Below are positions 12,318-24,782 of a stretch of DNA of 64,000 nucleotides, one piece after another. Numbering within the stretch: the first letter of the stretch is position 1; each line of letters starts with the position of its first letter. Where the stretch lies: assembly GCA_951406725.2 (NCBI GenBank), contig OX597814.1:214458001-214522000 (forward strand), read 5' to 3'. The position numbers and the translations under genes were made by a program. This DNA is from Octopus vulgaris (taxonomy: Eukaryota). The notes beneath the pieces were generated by a model. It was not told the DNA's origin. It searched no databases and worked only from the letters and a program-made list of their open reading frames with translations.

Positions 12318-12575
12318 TTGATCTGGGATCACAGATTTGAGATTTCTCACCAAGTGAAGAAAGCCAGATATTTGGACTTGGTTTCTAGGCACTTGTCAAA
12401 GGATGGCACACAGCTTTATTCCCTGTTGAAGTTAACTGCTGTGGTTTTTTTAGCAAGAGTGGCACACTTATTTCCTGTAGAAAAGACTAATATGAAAAAC
12501 AAGCAATTGAAGAAAGCCATCAAGGAGACAGCCATAGTAGCTGAAACTAGTTCAAGGTGGTTGTTGTTGATGAGG
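12318..12575 (+). pseudogene. C-terminal remnant of a HERO-like (restriction-like endonuclease) non-LTR retrotransposon ORF
   Basis: With frameshifts it reads W-DHRFEISHQVKKARYLDLV / KGWHTALFPVEVNCCGF / KQLKKAIKETAIVAETSSRWLLLMR. This matches the recalled terminal motif PWEE..EAHERK..KY..L...GW.....VEVGCRGF...RAI......AE.ASRWLW. Confidence 0.7.
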
Positions 12576-15500
12576 GTCCATGCTAATGTCTGTTCTATAG
12601 GCACTTCTGTCCATGCTAATGTCTGTTCTATAGGCACTTCTGTCCATGCTAACGTCTGTTCTATAGGCACTTCTGTCCATGCTAACGTCTGTTCTATAGG
12701 CACTTCTGTCGATGCTAACGTCTGTTCTATAGGCACTTCTGTCCATGCTAACGTCTGTTCTATAGGCACTTCTGTCCATGCTAACGTCTGTTCTATAGGC
12801 ACTTCTGTCCATGCTAACGTCTGTTCTATAGGCACTTCTGTCCATGCTAACGTCTGTTCTATAGGCACTTCTGTCCATGCTAACGTCTGTTCTATAGGCA
12901 CTTCTGTTCCTTCTGTTCTATAGGCACTTCTGCTAACGTCTGTTCTATAGGCACTTCTGTCCATGCTAACGTCTGTTCTATAGGCACTTCTGTTCATGCT
13001 AACGTCTGTTCTATAGGCACTTCTGTTCACGCTAACGTCTGTTCTATAGGCACTTCTGTCCATGCTAACGTCTGTTCTATAGGCACTTCTGTTCACGCTA
13101 ACGTCTGTTCTATAGGCACTTCTGTCCATGCTAACGTCTGTTCTATAGGCACTTCTGTCCATGCTAACGTCTGTTCCCATAGGCACTTCTGTCCACGCTA
13201 ACGTCTGTTCTATAGGCACTTCTGTCCATGCTAACGTCTGTTCTATAGGCACTTCTGTTCATGTCTAACGTCTGTTCTATAGGCACTTCTGTCCATGCTA
13301 AACTGTCTGTTCTATAGGCACTTCTGTTCACGCTAACGTCTGTTCTATAGGCACTTCTGTCCATGCTAACGTCTGTTCTATAGGCACTTCTGTTCACGCT
13401 AACGTCTGTTCTATAGGCACTTCTGTTCATGCTAACGTCTGTTCTTATAGGCACTTCTGTCCAGCTTCTGTCCATGCTAACGTCTGTTCTATAGGCACTT
13501 CTGTTCATGCTAACGTCTGTTCTATAGGCACTTCTGTCCATGCTAACGTCTGTTCTATAGGCACTTCTGTCCATGCTAACGTCTGTTCTATAGGCACTTC
13601 TGTTCACGTGCTAACGTCTGTTCTATAGGCACTTCTGTCCATGCTAACGTCTGTTCTATAGGCCACTTCTTCCATGCTAACGTCTGTTCTATATAGGCAC
13701 TTCTGTCCATGCTAACGTCTGTTCTATAGGCACTTCTGTCCATGCTAACGTCTGTTCTATAACGTCTGTTCTATAGGCTAACGTCTGTTCTATAGGCACT
13801 TCTGTTCACGCTAATGTCTGTTCTATAGGCACTTCTGTTCACGCTAACGTCTGTTCTATAGGCACTTCTGTCCATGCTAATGTCTGTTCTATAGGCACTT
13901 CTGTCCATGCTAACGTCTGTTCTATAGGCACTTCTGTCCATGCTAACGTCTGTTCTATAGGCACTTCTGTTCACGCTAACGTCTGTTCTATAGGCACTTC
14001 TGTTCATGCTAACGTCTGTTCTATAGGCACTTCTGTCCATGCTAACGTCTGTTCTATAGGCACTTCTGTTCATGCTAACGTCTGTTCTATAGGCACTTCT
14101 GTTCCATGCTAACGTCTGTTCTATAGGCACTTCTGTCCATGCTAACGTCTGTTCTATAGGCACTTCTGTTCTATAGGCACTTCTTCCATGCTAACGTCTG
14201 TTCTATAGGCACTCTTTACGCTTACGTCTGTTCTATAGGCACTTCTGTCCATGCTAACGTCTGTTCTATAGGCACTTCTGTCCATGCTAACGTCAATTCT
14301 ATAGGCACTTCTGTCCATGCTAATGTCTGTTCTATAGGCACTTCTGTTCATGCTAACGTCTGTTCTATAGGCACTTCTGTACATGCTAACGTCTGTTCTA
14401 TAGGCACTTCTGTCCATGCTAACGTCTGTTCTATAGGCACTTCTGTCCATGCTAACGTCTGTTCTATAGGCACTTCTGTCCATGCTAACGTCTGTTCTAT
14501 AGGCACTTCTGTTCCATGCTAACGTCTGTTCTATAGGCACTTCTGTCCATGCTAACGTCTGTTCTATAGGCACTTCTGTTCATGCTAACGTCTGTTCTAT
14601 AGGCACTTCTGTCCATGCTAACGTCTGTTCTATAGGCACTTCTGTCATGCTAACGTCTGTTCTATAGGCACTTCTGTCCATGCTAACGTCTGTTCTATAG
14701 GCACTTCTGTCCATGCTAACGTCTGTTCTATAGGCACTTCTGTCATGCTAACGTCTGTTCTATAGGCACTTCTGTCCATGCTAACTGCTACAACGCTAAC
14801 GTCTGTTCTATAGGCACTTCTGTCCATGCTAACGTCTGTTCTATAGGCACTTCTGTTCACGCTAACGTCTGTTCTATAGGCACTTCTGTTCATGCTAATG
14901 TCTGTTCTATAGGCACTTCTGTCCATGCTAACGTCTGTTCTATAGGCACTTCTGTCCATGCTAACGTCTGTTCTATAGGCACTTCTGTCCATGCTAACGT
15001 CTGTTCTATAGGCACTTCTGTTCATGCTAACGTCTGTTCTATAGGCACTTCTGTTCATGCTAACGTCTGTTCTATAGGCACTTCTGTTCACGCTAACGTC
15101 TGTTCTATAGGCACTTCTGTTCATGCTAACGTCTGTTCTATAGGCACTTCTGTCCATGCTAACGTCTGTTCTATAGGCACTTCTGTCCATGCTAACGTCT
15201 GTTCTATAGGCACTTCTGTTCACGCTTACGTCTGTTCTATAGGCACTTCTGTCCATGCTAACGTCTGTTCTATAGGCACTTCTGTCCATGCTAACGTCTG
15301 TTCTATAGGCACTTCTGTCCATGCTAACGTCTGTTCTATAGGCACTTCTGTCCATGCTAACGTCTGTTCTATAGGCACTTCTGTCCATGCTAACGTCTGT
15401 TCTATAGGCACTTCTGTACACGCTAACGTCTGTTCTATAGGCACTTCTGTCCACGCTAACGTCTGTTCTATAGGCACTTCTGTCCATGCTAATGTCTGTT

Positions 15501-18500
15501 CTATAGGCACTTCTGTCCATGCTAATGTCTGTTCTATAGGCACTTCTGTTCATGCTAACGTCTGTTCTATAGGCACTTCTGTCCATGCTAACGTCTGTTC
15601 TATAGGCACTTCTGTCCATGCTAACGTCTGTTCTATAGGCACTTCTGTCCATGCTAACGTCTGTTCTATAGGCACTTCTGTCCATGCTAACGTCTGTTCT
15701 ATAGGCACTTCTGTCCATGCTAACGTCTGTTCTATAGGCACTTCTGTCCATGCTAACGTCTGTTCTATAGGCACTTCTGTCCATGCTAACGTCTGTTCTA
15801 TAGGCACTTCTGTTCCATGCTAACGTCTGTTCTATAGGCACTTCTGTCCATGCTAACGTCTGTTCTATAGGCACTTCTGTCCATGCTAACGTCTGTTCTA
15901 TAGGCACTTCTGTCCATGCTAACGTCTGTTCTATAGGCACTTCTGTCCATGCTAACGTCTGTTCTATAGGCACTTCTGTCCATGCTAACGTCTGTTCTAT
16001 AGGCACTTCTGTCCATGCTAACGTCTGTTCTATAGGCACTTCTGTTCACGCTAACGTCTGTTCTATAGGCACTTCTGTCCATGCTAACGTCTGTTCTATA
16101 GGCACTTCTGTTCACGCTAACGTCTGTTCTATAGGCACTTCTGTTCACGCTAACGTCTGTTCTATAGGCACTTCTGTCCATGCTAACGTCTGTTCTATAG
16201 GCACTTCTGTCNNNNNNNNNNNNNNNNNNNNNNNNNNNNNNNNNNNNNNNNNNNNNNNNNNNNNNNNNNNNNNNNNNNNNNNNNNNNNNNNNNNNNNNNN
16301 NNNNNNNNNNNAGGCACTTCTGTCCATGCTAACGTCTGTTCTATAGGCACTTCTGTTCATGCTAACGTCTGTTCTATAGGCACTTCTGTCCATGCTAATG
16401 TCTGTTCTATAGGCACTTCTGTTCACGCTAACGTCTGTTCTATAGGCACTTCTGTTCACGCTAACGTCTGTTCTATAGGCACTTCTGTTCATGCTAACGT
16501 CTGTTCTATAGGCACTTCTGTTCATGCTAACGTCTGTTCTATAGGCACTTCTGTCCATGCTAACGTCTGTTCTATAGGCACTTCTGTCCATGCTCTCTAG
16601 GCACTTCTGCTAACGTCTGTTCTATAGGCACTTCTGTCCATGCTAACGTCTGTTCTATAGGCACTTCTGTCCATGCTAACGTCTGTTCTATAGGCACTTC
16701 TGTTCACGCTAACGTCTGTTCTATAGGCACTTCTGTTCATGCTAGTCTGTTCTATAGGCACTTCTGTCCATGCTAACGTCTGTTCTATAGGCACTTCTGT
16801 CCATGCTAATGTCTGTTCTATAGGCACTTCTGTCCATGCTAACGTCTGTTCTATAGGCACTTCTGTTCACGCTAACGTCTGTTCTATAGGCACTTCTGTC
16901 CATGCTAACGTCTGTTCTATAGGCACTTCTGTCCATGCTAACGTCTGTTCTATAGGCACTTCTGTCCATGCTAACGTCTGTTCTATAGGCACTTCTGTCC
17001 ATGCTAATGTCTGTTCTATAGGCACTTCTGTTCATGCTAACGTCTGTTCTATAGGCACTTCTGTCCATGCTAACGTCTGTTCTATAGGCACTTCTGTTCA
17101 TGCTAACGTCTGTTCTATAGGCACTTCTGTTCACGCTAACGTCTGTTCTATAGGCACTTCTGTCCATGCTAACGTCTGTTCTATAGGCACTTCTGTTCAT
17201 GCTAACGTCTGTTCTATAGGCACTTCTGTTCACGCTAACGTCTGTTCTATAGGCACTTCTGTTCATGCTAACGTCTGTTCTATAGGCACTTCTGTCATGC
17301 TAACGTCTGTTCTATAGGCACTTCTGTCCATGCTAACGTTCTGTTCTATAGTTCTGTCATGCTAACGTCTGTTCTATAGGCACTTCTGTCCATGCTAACG
17401 TCTGTTCTATAGGCACTTCTGTCCACGCTAACGTCTGTTCTATAGGCACTTCTGTCCATGCTAATGTCTGTTCTATAGGCACTTCTGTCCATGCTAACGT
17501 CTGTTCTATAGGCACTTCTGTCCATGCTAACGTCTGTTCTATAGGCACTTCTGTCCATGCTAATGTCTGTTCTATAGGCACTTCTGTTCATGCTAACGTC
17601 TGTTCTATAGGCACTTCTGTTCATAAAAAGCGCGCTAACGTCTGTTCTATAGGCACTTCTGTTCACGCTAACGTCTGTTCTATAGGCACTTCTGTCCATG
17701 CTAACGTCTGTTCTATAGGCACTTCTGTCCATGCTATCGTCTGTTCTATAGGCACTTCTGTCCATGCTAATGTCTGTTCTATAGGCACTTCTGTTCACGC
17801 TAACGTCTGTTCTATAGGCACTTCTGTTCATGCTAACGTCTGTTCTATAGGCACTTCTCTCCATGCAAACGTCTGTTCTATAGGCACTTCTGTTAGCGCT
17901 AACGACTGTTCTATAGGCACTTCTCTCCATGCTAACATCTGTTCTATAGGCACTTCTGTCCATGCTAATGTCTGTTCTATAGGCACTTCTGTCCATGCTA
18001 ACGTCTGTTCTATAGGCACTTCTGTTCACGCTAACGTCTGTTCTATAGGCACTTCTGTCCATGCTAATGTCTGTTCTATAGGCACTTCAGTCCATGCTAA
18101 CGTCTGTTCTATAGGCACTTCTCTCCATGCAAACGTCTGTTCTATAGGCACTTCTGTCCATGCTAACGACTGTTCTATAGGCACTTCTCTCCATGCAAAC
18201 GTCTGTTCTCTAGGCACTTCTGTCCATGCTTATGTCTGTCCTATAGGCACTTCTGTTCACGCAAACGTCTGTTCTATAGGTACTTCTGTTCATGCTAACG
18301 TCTGTTCTATAGGCACTTCTCTCCATGCTAACGTCTGTTCTATAGTCACTTCTGTTCACGCTAACCTCTGTTCTATAGGCACTTCTGTTCATGCTAACGT
18401 CTGTTCTATAGGCAATTCTGTCCAAGCTAACGTCTGTTCTATAGGCACTTCCGTTCACGCTAACATCTGTTCTATTGGCACTTCTGTTCACGCTAACGTC

Positions 18501-21211
18501 TGTTCTATAGGCACTTCTGTTCACGCTAACGTCTGTTCTATAGGCACTTCTGTTCACGCTAACGTATGTTCTATAGGCACTTATGTCCATGCTAACGTCT
18601 GTTCTATAGGCACTTCTGTCCATGCTAACGTCTGTTCTATAGGCACTTCTTTTTACGCTTACGTCTGTTCTATAGGCACTTCTGTTCATGCTAACGTCTG
18701 TTCTATAGGCACTTCTGTCCATGCTAACGTCTTTTCTATAGGCACTTCTGTTCATGCTAATGTCTGTTCTATAGGCACTTCTGTTCACTCTAACGTCTGT
18801 TCTATAGGCACTTCTGTCCATGCTAATGTCTGTTCTATAGGCACTTCTGTCCATGCTAACGTCTGTTCTATAGGCACTTCTGTCCATGCTAATGTCTGTT
18901 CTATAGGCACTTCTGTCCATGCTAACGTCCGTTCTATAGGCACTTCTGTTCACGCTAACGTCTGTTCTATAGGCACTTCTGTTCATGCTAATGTCTGTTC
19001 TATAGGCATTTCTGTCCATGCTCACGTCTGTTCTATAGGCACTTCTGTCCATGGTAATGTCTATTTTATAGGCACTTCTGTCCATGCTAATGTCTGTCCT
19101 ATAGGCACTTCTGTCCATGCTAACGTCTGTTCTATAGGCACTTCTGTTCACACTAACGTCTTTTCTATAGGCACTTCTGTTCATGCTAACGTCTGTTCTA
19201 TAGGCATTTCTGTCCATGCTAACCTCTGTTCTATAGGCACTTCTGTCCATGCTAACGTCTGTTCTATAGGCACTTCTGTCCATGCTAACGTCTGTTCTAT
19301 AGGCACTTCTGTCCATGCTAACGTCTGTTCTATAGGCACTTCTGTCCATGCTAACGTCTGTTCTATAGGCACTTCTGTCCATGCTAATGTCTGTTCTATA
19401 GGCACTTCTGTCCATGCTAACGTATGTTCTATAGGCACTTCTGTCCATGCTAACGTCTGTTCTATAGGCACTTATGTCCATGCTAACGTCTGTTCTTTAG
19501 GCACTTCTGTCCATGCTAATGTCTGTTCTATAGGCACTTCTGTTCACGCTAACGTCTGTTCTTTAGGCACTTCTGTTCACGCTAACGTCTGTTCTATAGG
19601 CACTTCTGTTCACGCTAACGTCTGTTCTATAGGCACTTCTGTTCACGCTAACGTCTCTTCTATAGGCACTTCTGTTCACGCTAACGTCTGTTCTATAGAC
19701 ACTTCTGTTCACGCTAATGTCTGCTCTATAGGCATTTCTGTCCATGCTAACGTCTGTTCTATAGGCACTTCTGTCCATGCTAACGTCTGTTCTATAGGCA
19801 CTTCTGTCCATGCTAATGTCTGTTCTATAGGCACTTCTGTTCACGCTAACGTCTGTTCTATAGGCACTTCTGTTCATGCTAACGTCTGTTCTATAGGCAC
19901 TTCTGTCCATGCTAACGTCTGTTCTATAGGCACTTCTGTTTACGCTAACGTCTGTTCTATAGGCACTTCTGTTCATGCTAACGTCTGTTCAATAGGCACT
20001 TCTGTCCATGCTAACGTCTGTTCTATAGGCACTTCTGTCCATGCAAACGTCTGTTCTATAGGCACTTCTGTCCATGCTAATGTCTGTTCTATAGGCACTT
20101 CTGTTCACGCTAACGTCTGTTCTATAGGCACTTCTGTTCATGCTAACGTCTGTTCTATAGGCACTTCTGTCCATGCTAACGTCTGTTCTATAAGCACTTC
20201 CGTTCACGCTAACGTCTGTTCTATAGGCACTTCTGTTCACGCTAAAGTCTGTTCTATAGGCACTTCTGTCCATGCTAACGTCTGTTCTATAGGCACTTCT
20301 GTCCATGCTAACGTCTGTTCTATAGGCACTTCTGTCCATGCTAATGTCTGTTCTATAGGCACTTCTGTTCACGCTAACGTGTGTTCTATAGGCACTTCTG
20401 TTCATGCTAACGTGTGTTCTATAGGCACTTCCGTCCATGCTAACGTCTGTTCTATAGGCAATTTTGTCCATGCTAACATCTGTTCTATAGGCACTTCCGT
20501 CCATGCTAACGTCTGTTCTATAGGCACTTCTGTCCATGCTAATGTCTGTTCTATAGGCACTTCTGTTCATGCTAACGTCTGTTCTATAGGCACTTCTGTT
20601 CATGCTAACGTCTGTTCTATAGGCACTTCTGTCCATGCTAACGTCTGTTCTATAAGCACTTCCGTTCACGCTAACGTCTGTTCTATAGGCACTTTTGTTC
20701 ACGCTAACGTCTGTTCTATAGGCACTTCTGTCCATGCTAACGTCTGTTCTATAGGCACTTCTGTCCATGCTATCGTCTGTTCTATAGGCACTTCTGTCCA
20801 TGCTAATGTCTGTTCTATAGGCACTTCTGTTCCCGCTAACGTGTGTTCTATAGGCACTTCTCTTCATGCTAACGTGTGTTCTATAGGCACTTCCATCCAT
20901 GCTAACATCTGTTCTATAGGCACTTCTGTCCATGCTAACATCTGTTCTATAAGCACTTCCGTCCATGCTAACGTCTGTTCTATAGGCACTTCTGTCCATG
21001 CTAATGTCTGTTCTATAGGCACTTCTGTTCACGCTAACGTGTGTTCTATGGGCACTTCTGTTCATGCTAACGTCTGTTCTATAGGCACTTCCGTCCATGC
21101 TAACGTCTGTTCTATAGGCACTTCTGTCCATGCTAACGTCTGTTCTATAGGCACTTCCGTCCATGCTAACGTCTGTTCTATAGGCACTTCTTTCCATGCT
21201 AATGTCTGTTC
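12576..21211. repeat. 33-bp minisatellite array, consensus GTCCATGCTAACGTCTGTTCTATAGGCACTTCT, roughly 260 visible units
   Basis: Directly visible head-to-tail units with no spacers. The array contains an assembly gap, so its true length is unknown. Confidence 0.98.
16212..16311. other. Assembly gap (100 N) inside the minisatellite
   Basis: Run of 100 N. Confidence 1.
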
Positions 21212-21418
21212 ACTGCCCAACTCAGGTGAAGCATACAGACTAAGAAGCAAAATACTTGTGACACTGAGGCACTTACTTGTAAATATATAGATGGCTTTTA
21301 AACATTCCAAAAAGCTTAGTACCAGAAGAGCCTGCAATATTATAAATTAGCTCCTGCAGTTTGTGCATGGGGCAAAGCATCTCTGGTGTTTATTTCACTT
21401 TATTTCTCCTTTAATATG

Positions 21419-21600
21419 AGGCGTAGGAGTGGCTGTGTGGTAAGTAGCTTGTTTACCAACCACACGGTTCCGGGTTCAGTCCCACTGCGTGGCACCATGT
21501 GCAAGTGTCTTCTACTATAGCCTCGGGTCGACCAAAGCCTTGTGAGTGGATTTGGTACACGGAAACTGAAAGAAGCCTGTCGTATATATATGTGTGTGTG

Positions 21601-21645
<45 letters not shown>

Positions 21646-21858
21646 TTGTGTGTCTGTGTTTGTCCCCCCAACGTCATTTGACAACCGATGCTGGTGCATT
21701 TATGTCCCTGTAACTTAGCGGTTTGGCAAAAGAGCCCGTTAGAATAAGTACTAGGCTTACAAAGAATAAGTCCTGGGGTCGATTTGCTTGACTAAAGGTG
21801 GTGCTCCAGCATGGCCACAGTCAAATGACTGAAACAAGTAAAAGTGTAAAAGTGTAAA
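21419..21858 (+). mobile_element. SINE family A
   Basis: Full-length copy. Confidence 0.9.
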
Positions 21859-23845
21859 GTGTGTATAGTGTATCATTTGCATAAAGATTAGAGAGATGAA
21901 CTAAGTGATCTCAGAGGTTATTCTGGTTTGTCTTAAACATGTGAATTCATTCTATTGAGGCTAATTCTACCAATTATCCTCCTCAGATAATAAATACTGA
22001 GATCATTTAATTACATAAAAAAGATAATCTCACTTATCATCTCATGGTGCACCCTGTCTAGTTTCAGTGGACAAAGAGGAGATAACCACTCTGAAATGTC
22101 TTGGTAGGTGGTGCTGAGAGCTGATTTTGTTGTATTTACACCAATTGTCTTCAGTAAGAAATCGTTTTCATAACAAAACACTGTGAATGGCTTTCTTAAG
22201 GGTTTGAATATGCCCCGAGCATATTTGAACCAGTATTTAATCAACTATATTCTTTTTTTTAGAGTATAATCAATAAATAGTCTTATCAGCCTTTTTAAAA
22301 GAAGCTAATATGAATATAATTCCACATATGGATATAATTAATATTTTTATTGGCTGTGACTTATACAATGTAATTATATATTTGACCGAATATATAGACA
22401 CTAGGGTTAGAAAATTGTCAATTATAAGTTAAATTATTACATCATTTACACACAAAAGGGAGTAATTTATTTGATGTTTTATCAGTCAAGCTCTCTCACA
22501 ACAACTGACTGATCTTTTTTATTACCACTCATTCAATGTTTAGGCCTTTCAATATATAATGTAATTACAACATTAGCAATTATTATGTTATTAGAAATGC
22601 TGGAAAATAGAAAAAATAGAAAAATAGAAGAATAGAAAAAAGCCCCTGTAATAGCGCAAAATTCAAAGCTGAATAATCATAAATGTAACTGAATTTTAAA
22701 AATATTCATATCTCAAAGCATTTGTTTTCCAACAATAACAACAACAACAACTACATTCTGTAATTAACAACATATTTAATTGATCACAGTTTAATGGATT
22801 CTATTGAAAAACTGTCATTTTGGGCCTTTTAAAAGCACTACAAAAGAGGAAGATGCCTTCTCTAAAAATATTTCAATGAGCATAACTATAGATGCTAGTC
22901 AATATTATACATTGGTGAGCTGGCCAGAAAATTTACATAACAGTCCTTGTAATGTTTAAAAATTGTTTGAATGTGACGTATTGTAGTTTTAGATTTAAAT
23001 GAAGGGCTTCCTTTTATGACAGTAAAATTTGTGAAGTTTATCATGACAGGCATGTAATTCTCAATTAAGCAACAATAAATTCATGCAGACGAAATGTAAA
23101 TTAAAAGGGTGTAGGAAAATCCATTTGTCATCTTGTGTGCTCTTGTATAACTGTTGCTTACTTAATTTCTGCCAATTTCTGTGAACGAAATATAGTTTGA
23201 GCATTATACATTTTATTTTATACATGCTATCATATAGCATTTTGTTTTTTTTCGAAAACATTTTTCAATTTTTATAAAAAATAGTCCATTAGCAAATATT
23301 ATTTTGCTATAGTATATATTATGAGTTATAGCTACCTTACATACCTGTGTATAGATATATATATCATTCTTAATTACAGCTTTTTATATTTCAACAATAA
23401 ACTACTTAATTTGTATTCAGGTTTACGAAAATTATATAAATATTTTCTTTAAGCATTTGTGCGCTTCTATTTTTATGTACGTGTGCGTGTGTATATGCAT
23501 GTGTGTGTATGTATATATATAAATATATATGTATATATAAAAATTCAGGATTCAAGTGAATCAGGTCCTTAAATAGTAAAGCACCAAGGTTGGCCAGTCA
23601 AATTGCTATTGCGTACAAACAGTATCTGAGGAACAAATATGTACTTACCAAAGTAAACACGCATTTATATTCCAGTTGTCTGTACAATCACAAATGGCTG
23701 ACTGAATATACTGAGTCTCAAGGCTGTACATAGGTACAAACACTGCACCAATTGTACTGCACTCAAAAGACTCCAATTCCACGTGAACTGCAGGTACCAA
23801 GTAAGGTGAATAATAAACAACTAACAACAGATGGATTGTGGTTTA

Positions 23846-23935
23846 CTCACTACAACTGTTTCAAACATGCTTTTTATTCATGAATAGAATAATTATGTCA
23901 TGCAAAAAAAAAAAAATCCGTTTTCATCAGGTGAA
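23846..23935 (-). ncRNA. Candidate type I hammerhead ribozyme (left arm; sense with respect to the mRNA)
   Basis: UUCAC-CUGAUGA-AAAC...GUUU-GAAAC-AGUU-GUA^GUGAG. Confidence 0.6.
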
Positions 23936-24080
23936 TATATGTATGAATTAAACATTTCAAAACATCTTAAATTCCAAAGTAAATGCCATTTCATGATACT
24001 CTGAATAAAATTTAGACAGTCACAAAATAGCATTTGCTTTGGAATTTAAGATGCTTTGAAATGCTTAATTTATACATATA

Positions 24081-24162
24081 TTCACCTGATGAAAACGGAT
24101 TTTCTTTTGCATGATGTAATAATTCTTTTCAATAAATACATATTTGAAACAGCTGTAGTGAG
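24081..24162 (+). ncRNA. Candidate type I hammerhead ribozyme (right arm of the fold-back)
   Basis: UUCAC-CUGAUGA(24086-24092)...GAAAC(24146-24150)-AGCU-GUA^GUGAG. Confidence 0.6.
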
Positions 24163-24238
24163 TGAAACACAATCCATCTGTTATTAGTTTATATATCTAC
24201 ATCTATATCTATATCTATAGCTATCTATCTATCACTCT

Positions 24239-24321
<83 letters not shown>

Positions 24322-24356
24322 AGTAGAACAAATAAGGAATAGAACTCAATACATGA

Positions 24357-24541
24357 ATGTATATACTTATTTTATTTTTAATTGGCAGAAAATTACAAAA
24401 GTAACTCAAGGGCCAAGGGTTTCATGCATGGCACTTGGCACTTATCAAACTAGGTTTGATAAGTGCCATGCATGTAACTATCAGCCCTTCAGTCACTTTT
24501 GTAATTTTCTGATGATTAAAAGTAATGAAAGTATATATACA
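24357..24541. repeat. ~185-bp fold-back ~240 nt downstream of the stop codon
   Basis: Centre GGCACTTATCAAAC-TAG-GTTTGATAAGTGCC; outer arms CAGAAAATTACAAAAGT / ACTTTTGTAATTTTCTG. Confidence 0.85.
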
Positions 24542-24782
24542 CATACATATATTTATATATATACACACAAACACACACATATATATGCATGCAAATTCTC
24601 GTGCTTATCTAGTCATTTATTTCTACATTTAAAAAATACAAAGAATCAACTAAACTAACAAGCTTCCACTTTCCTCCTTTTTGTTACTTAAATAGTTAAA
24701 AAAAACTCCCAAAACTATTCACAACCTGCTGCAAAAGAACTTTCCTATCCCTTAATTGTTATCCTTAAAAAGAGGATTAGGA

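Larger units (their letters stand above)
23819..24189. repeat. ~370-bp fold-back in the presumed 3' UTR
   Basis: Inverted arms of ~175 bp, each with a hammerhead core. Confidence 0.9.
21900..24782 (-). other. Probable long 3' UTR (end not defined)
   Basis: SINE-free, AT-rich sequence directly downstream of the stop codon. Minus-strand AATAAA hexamers occur at plus-strand TTTATT 23212-23217, 22518-22523 and 22346-22351. The extent is inferred only. Confidence 0.4.

Noticed and set aside
12576-21211. CRISPR-like array (33-bp repeats)
   Set aside because: Units are contiguous with no unique spacers, there are no cas genes, and the context is eukaryotic.
12416-21337. Minus-strand ORFs (MDRSAYRTDVS)n and (WTEVPIEQTLA)n as genes
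   Set aside because: By-products of a repeat whose length is a multiple of 3. Unit variants repeatedly create stops in these frames (e.g. 18210, 19563, 19989).
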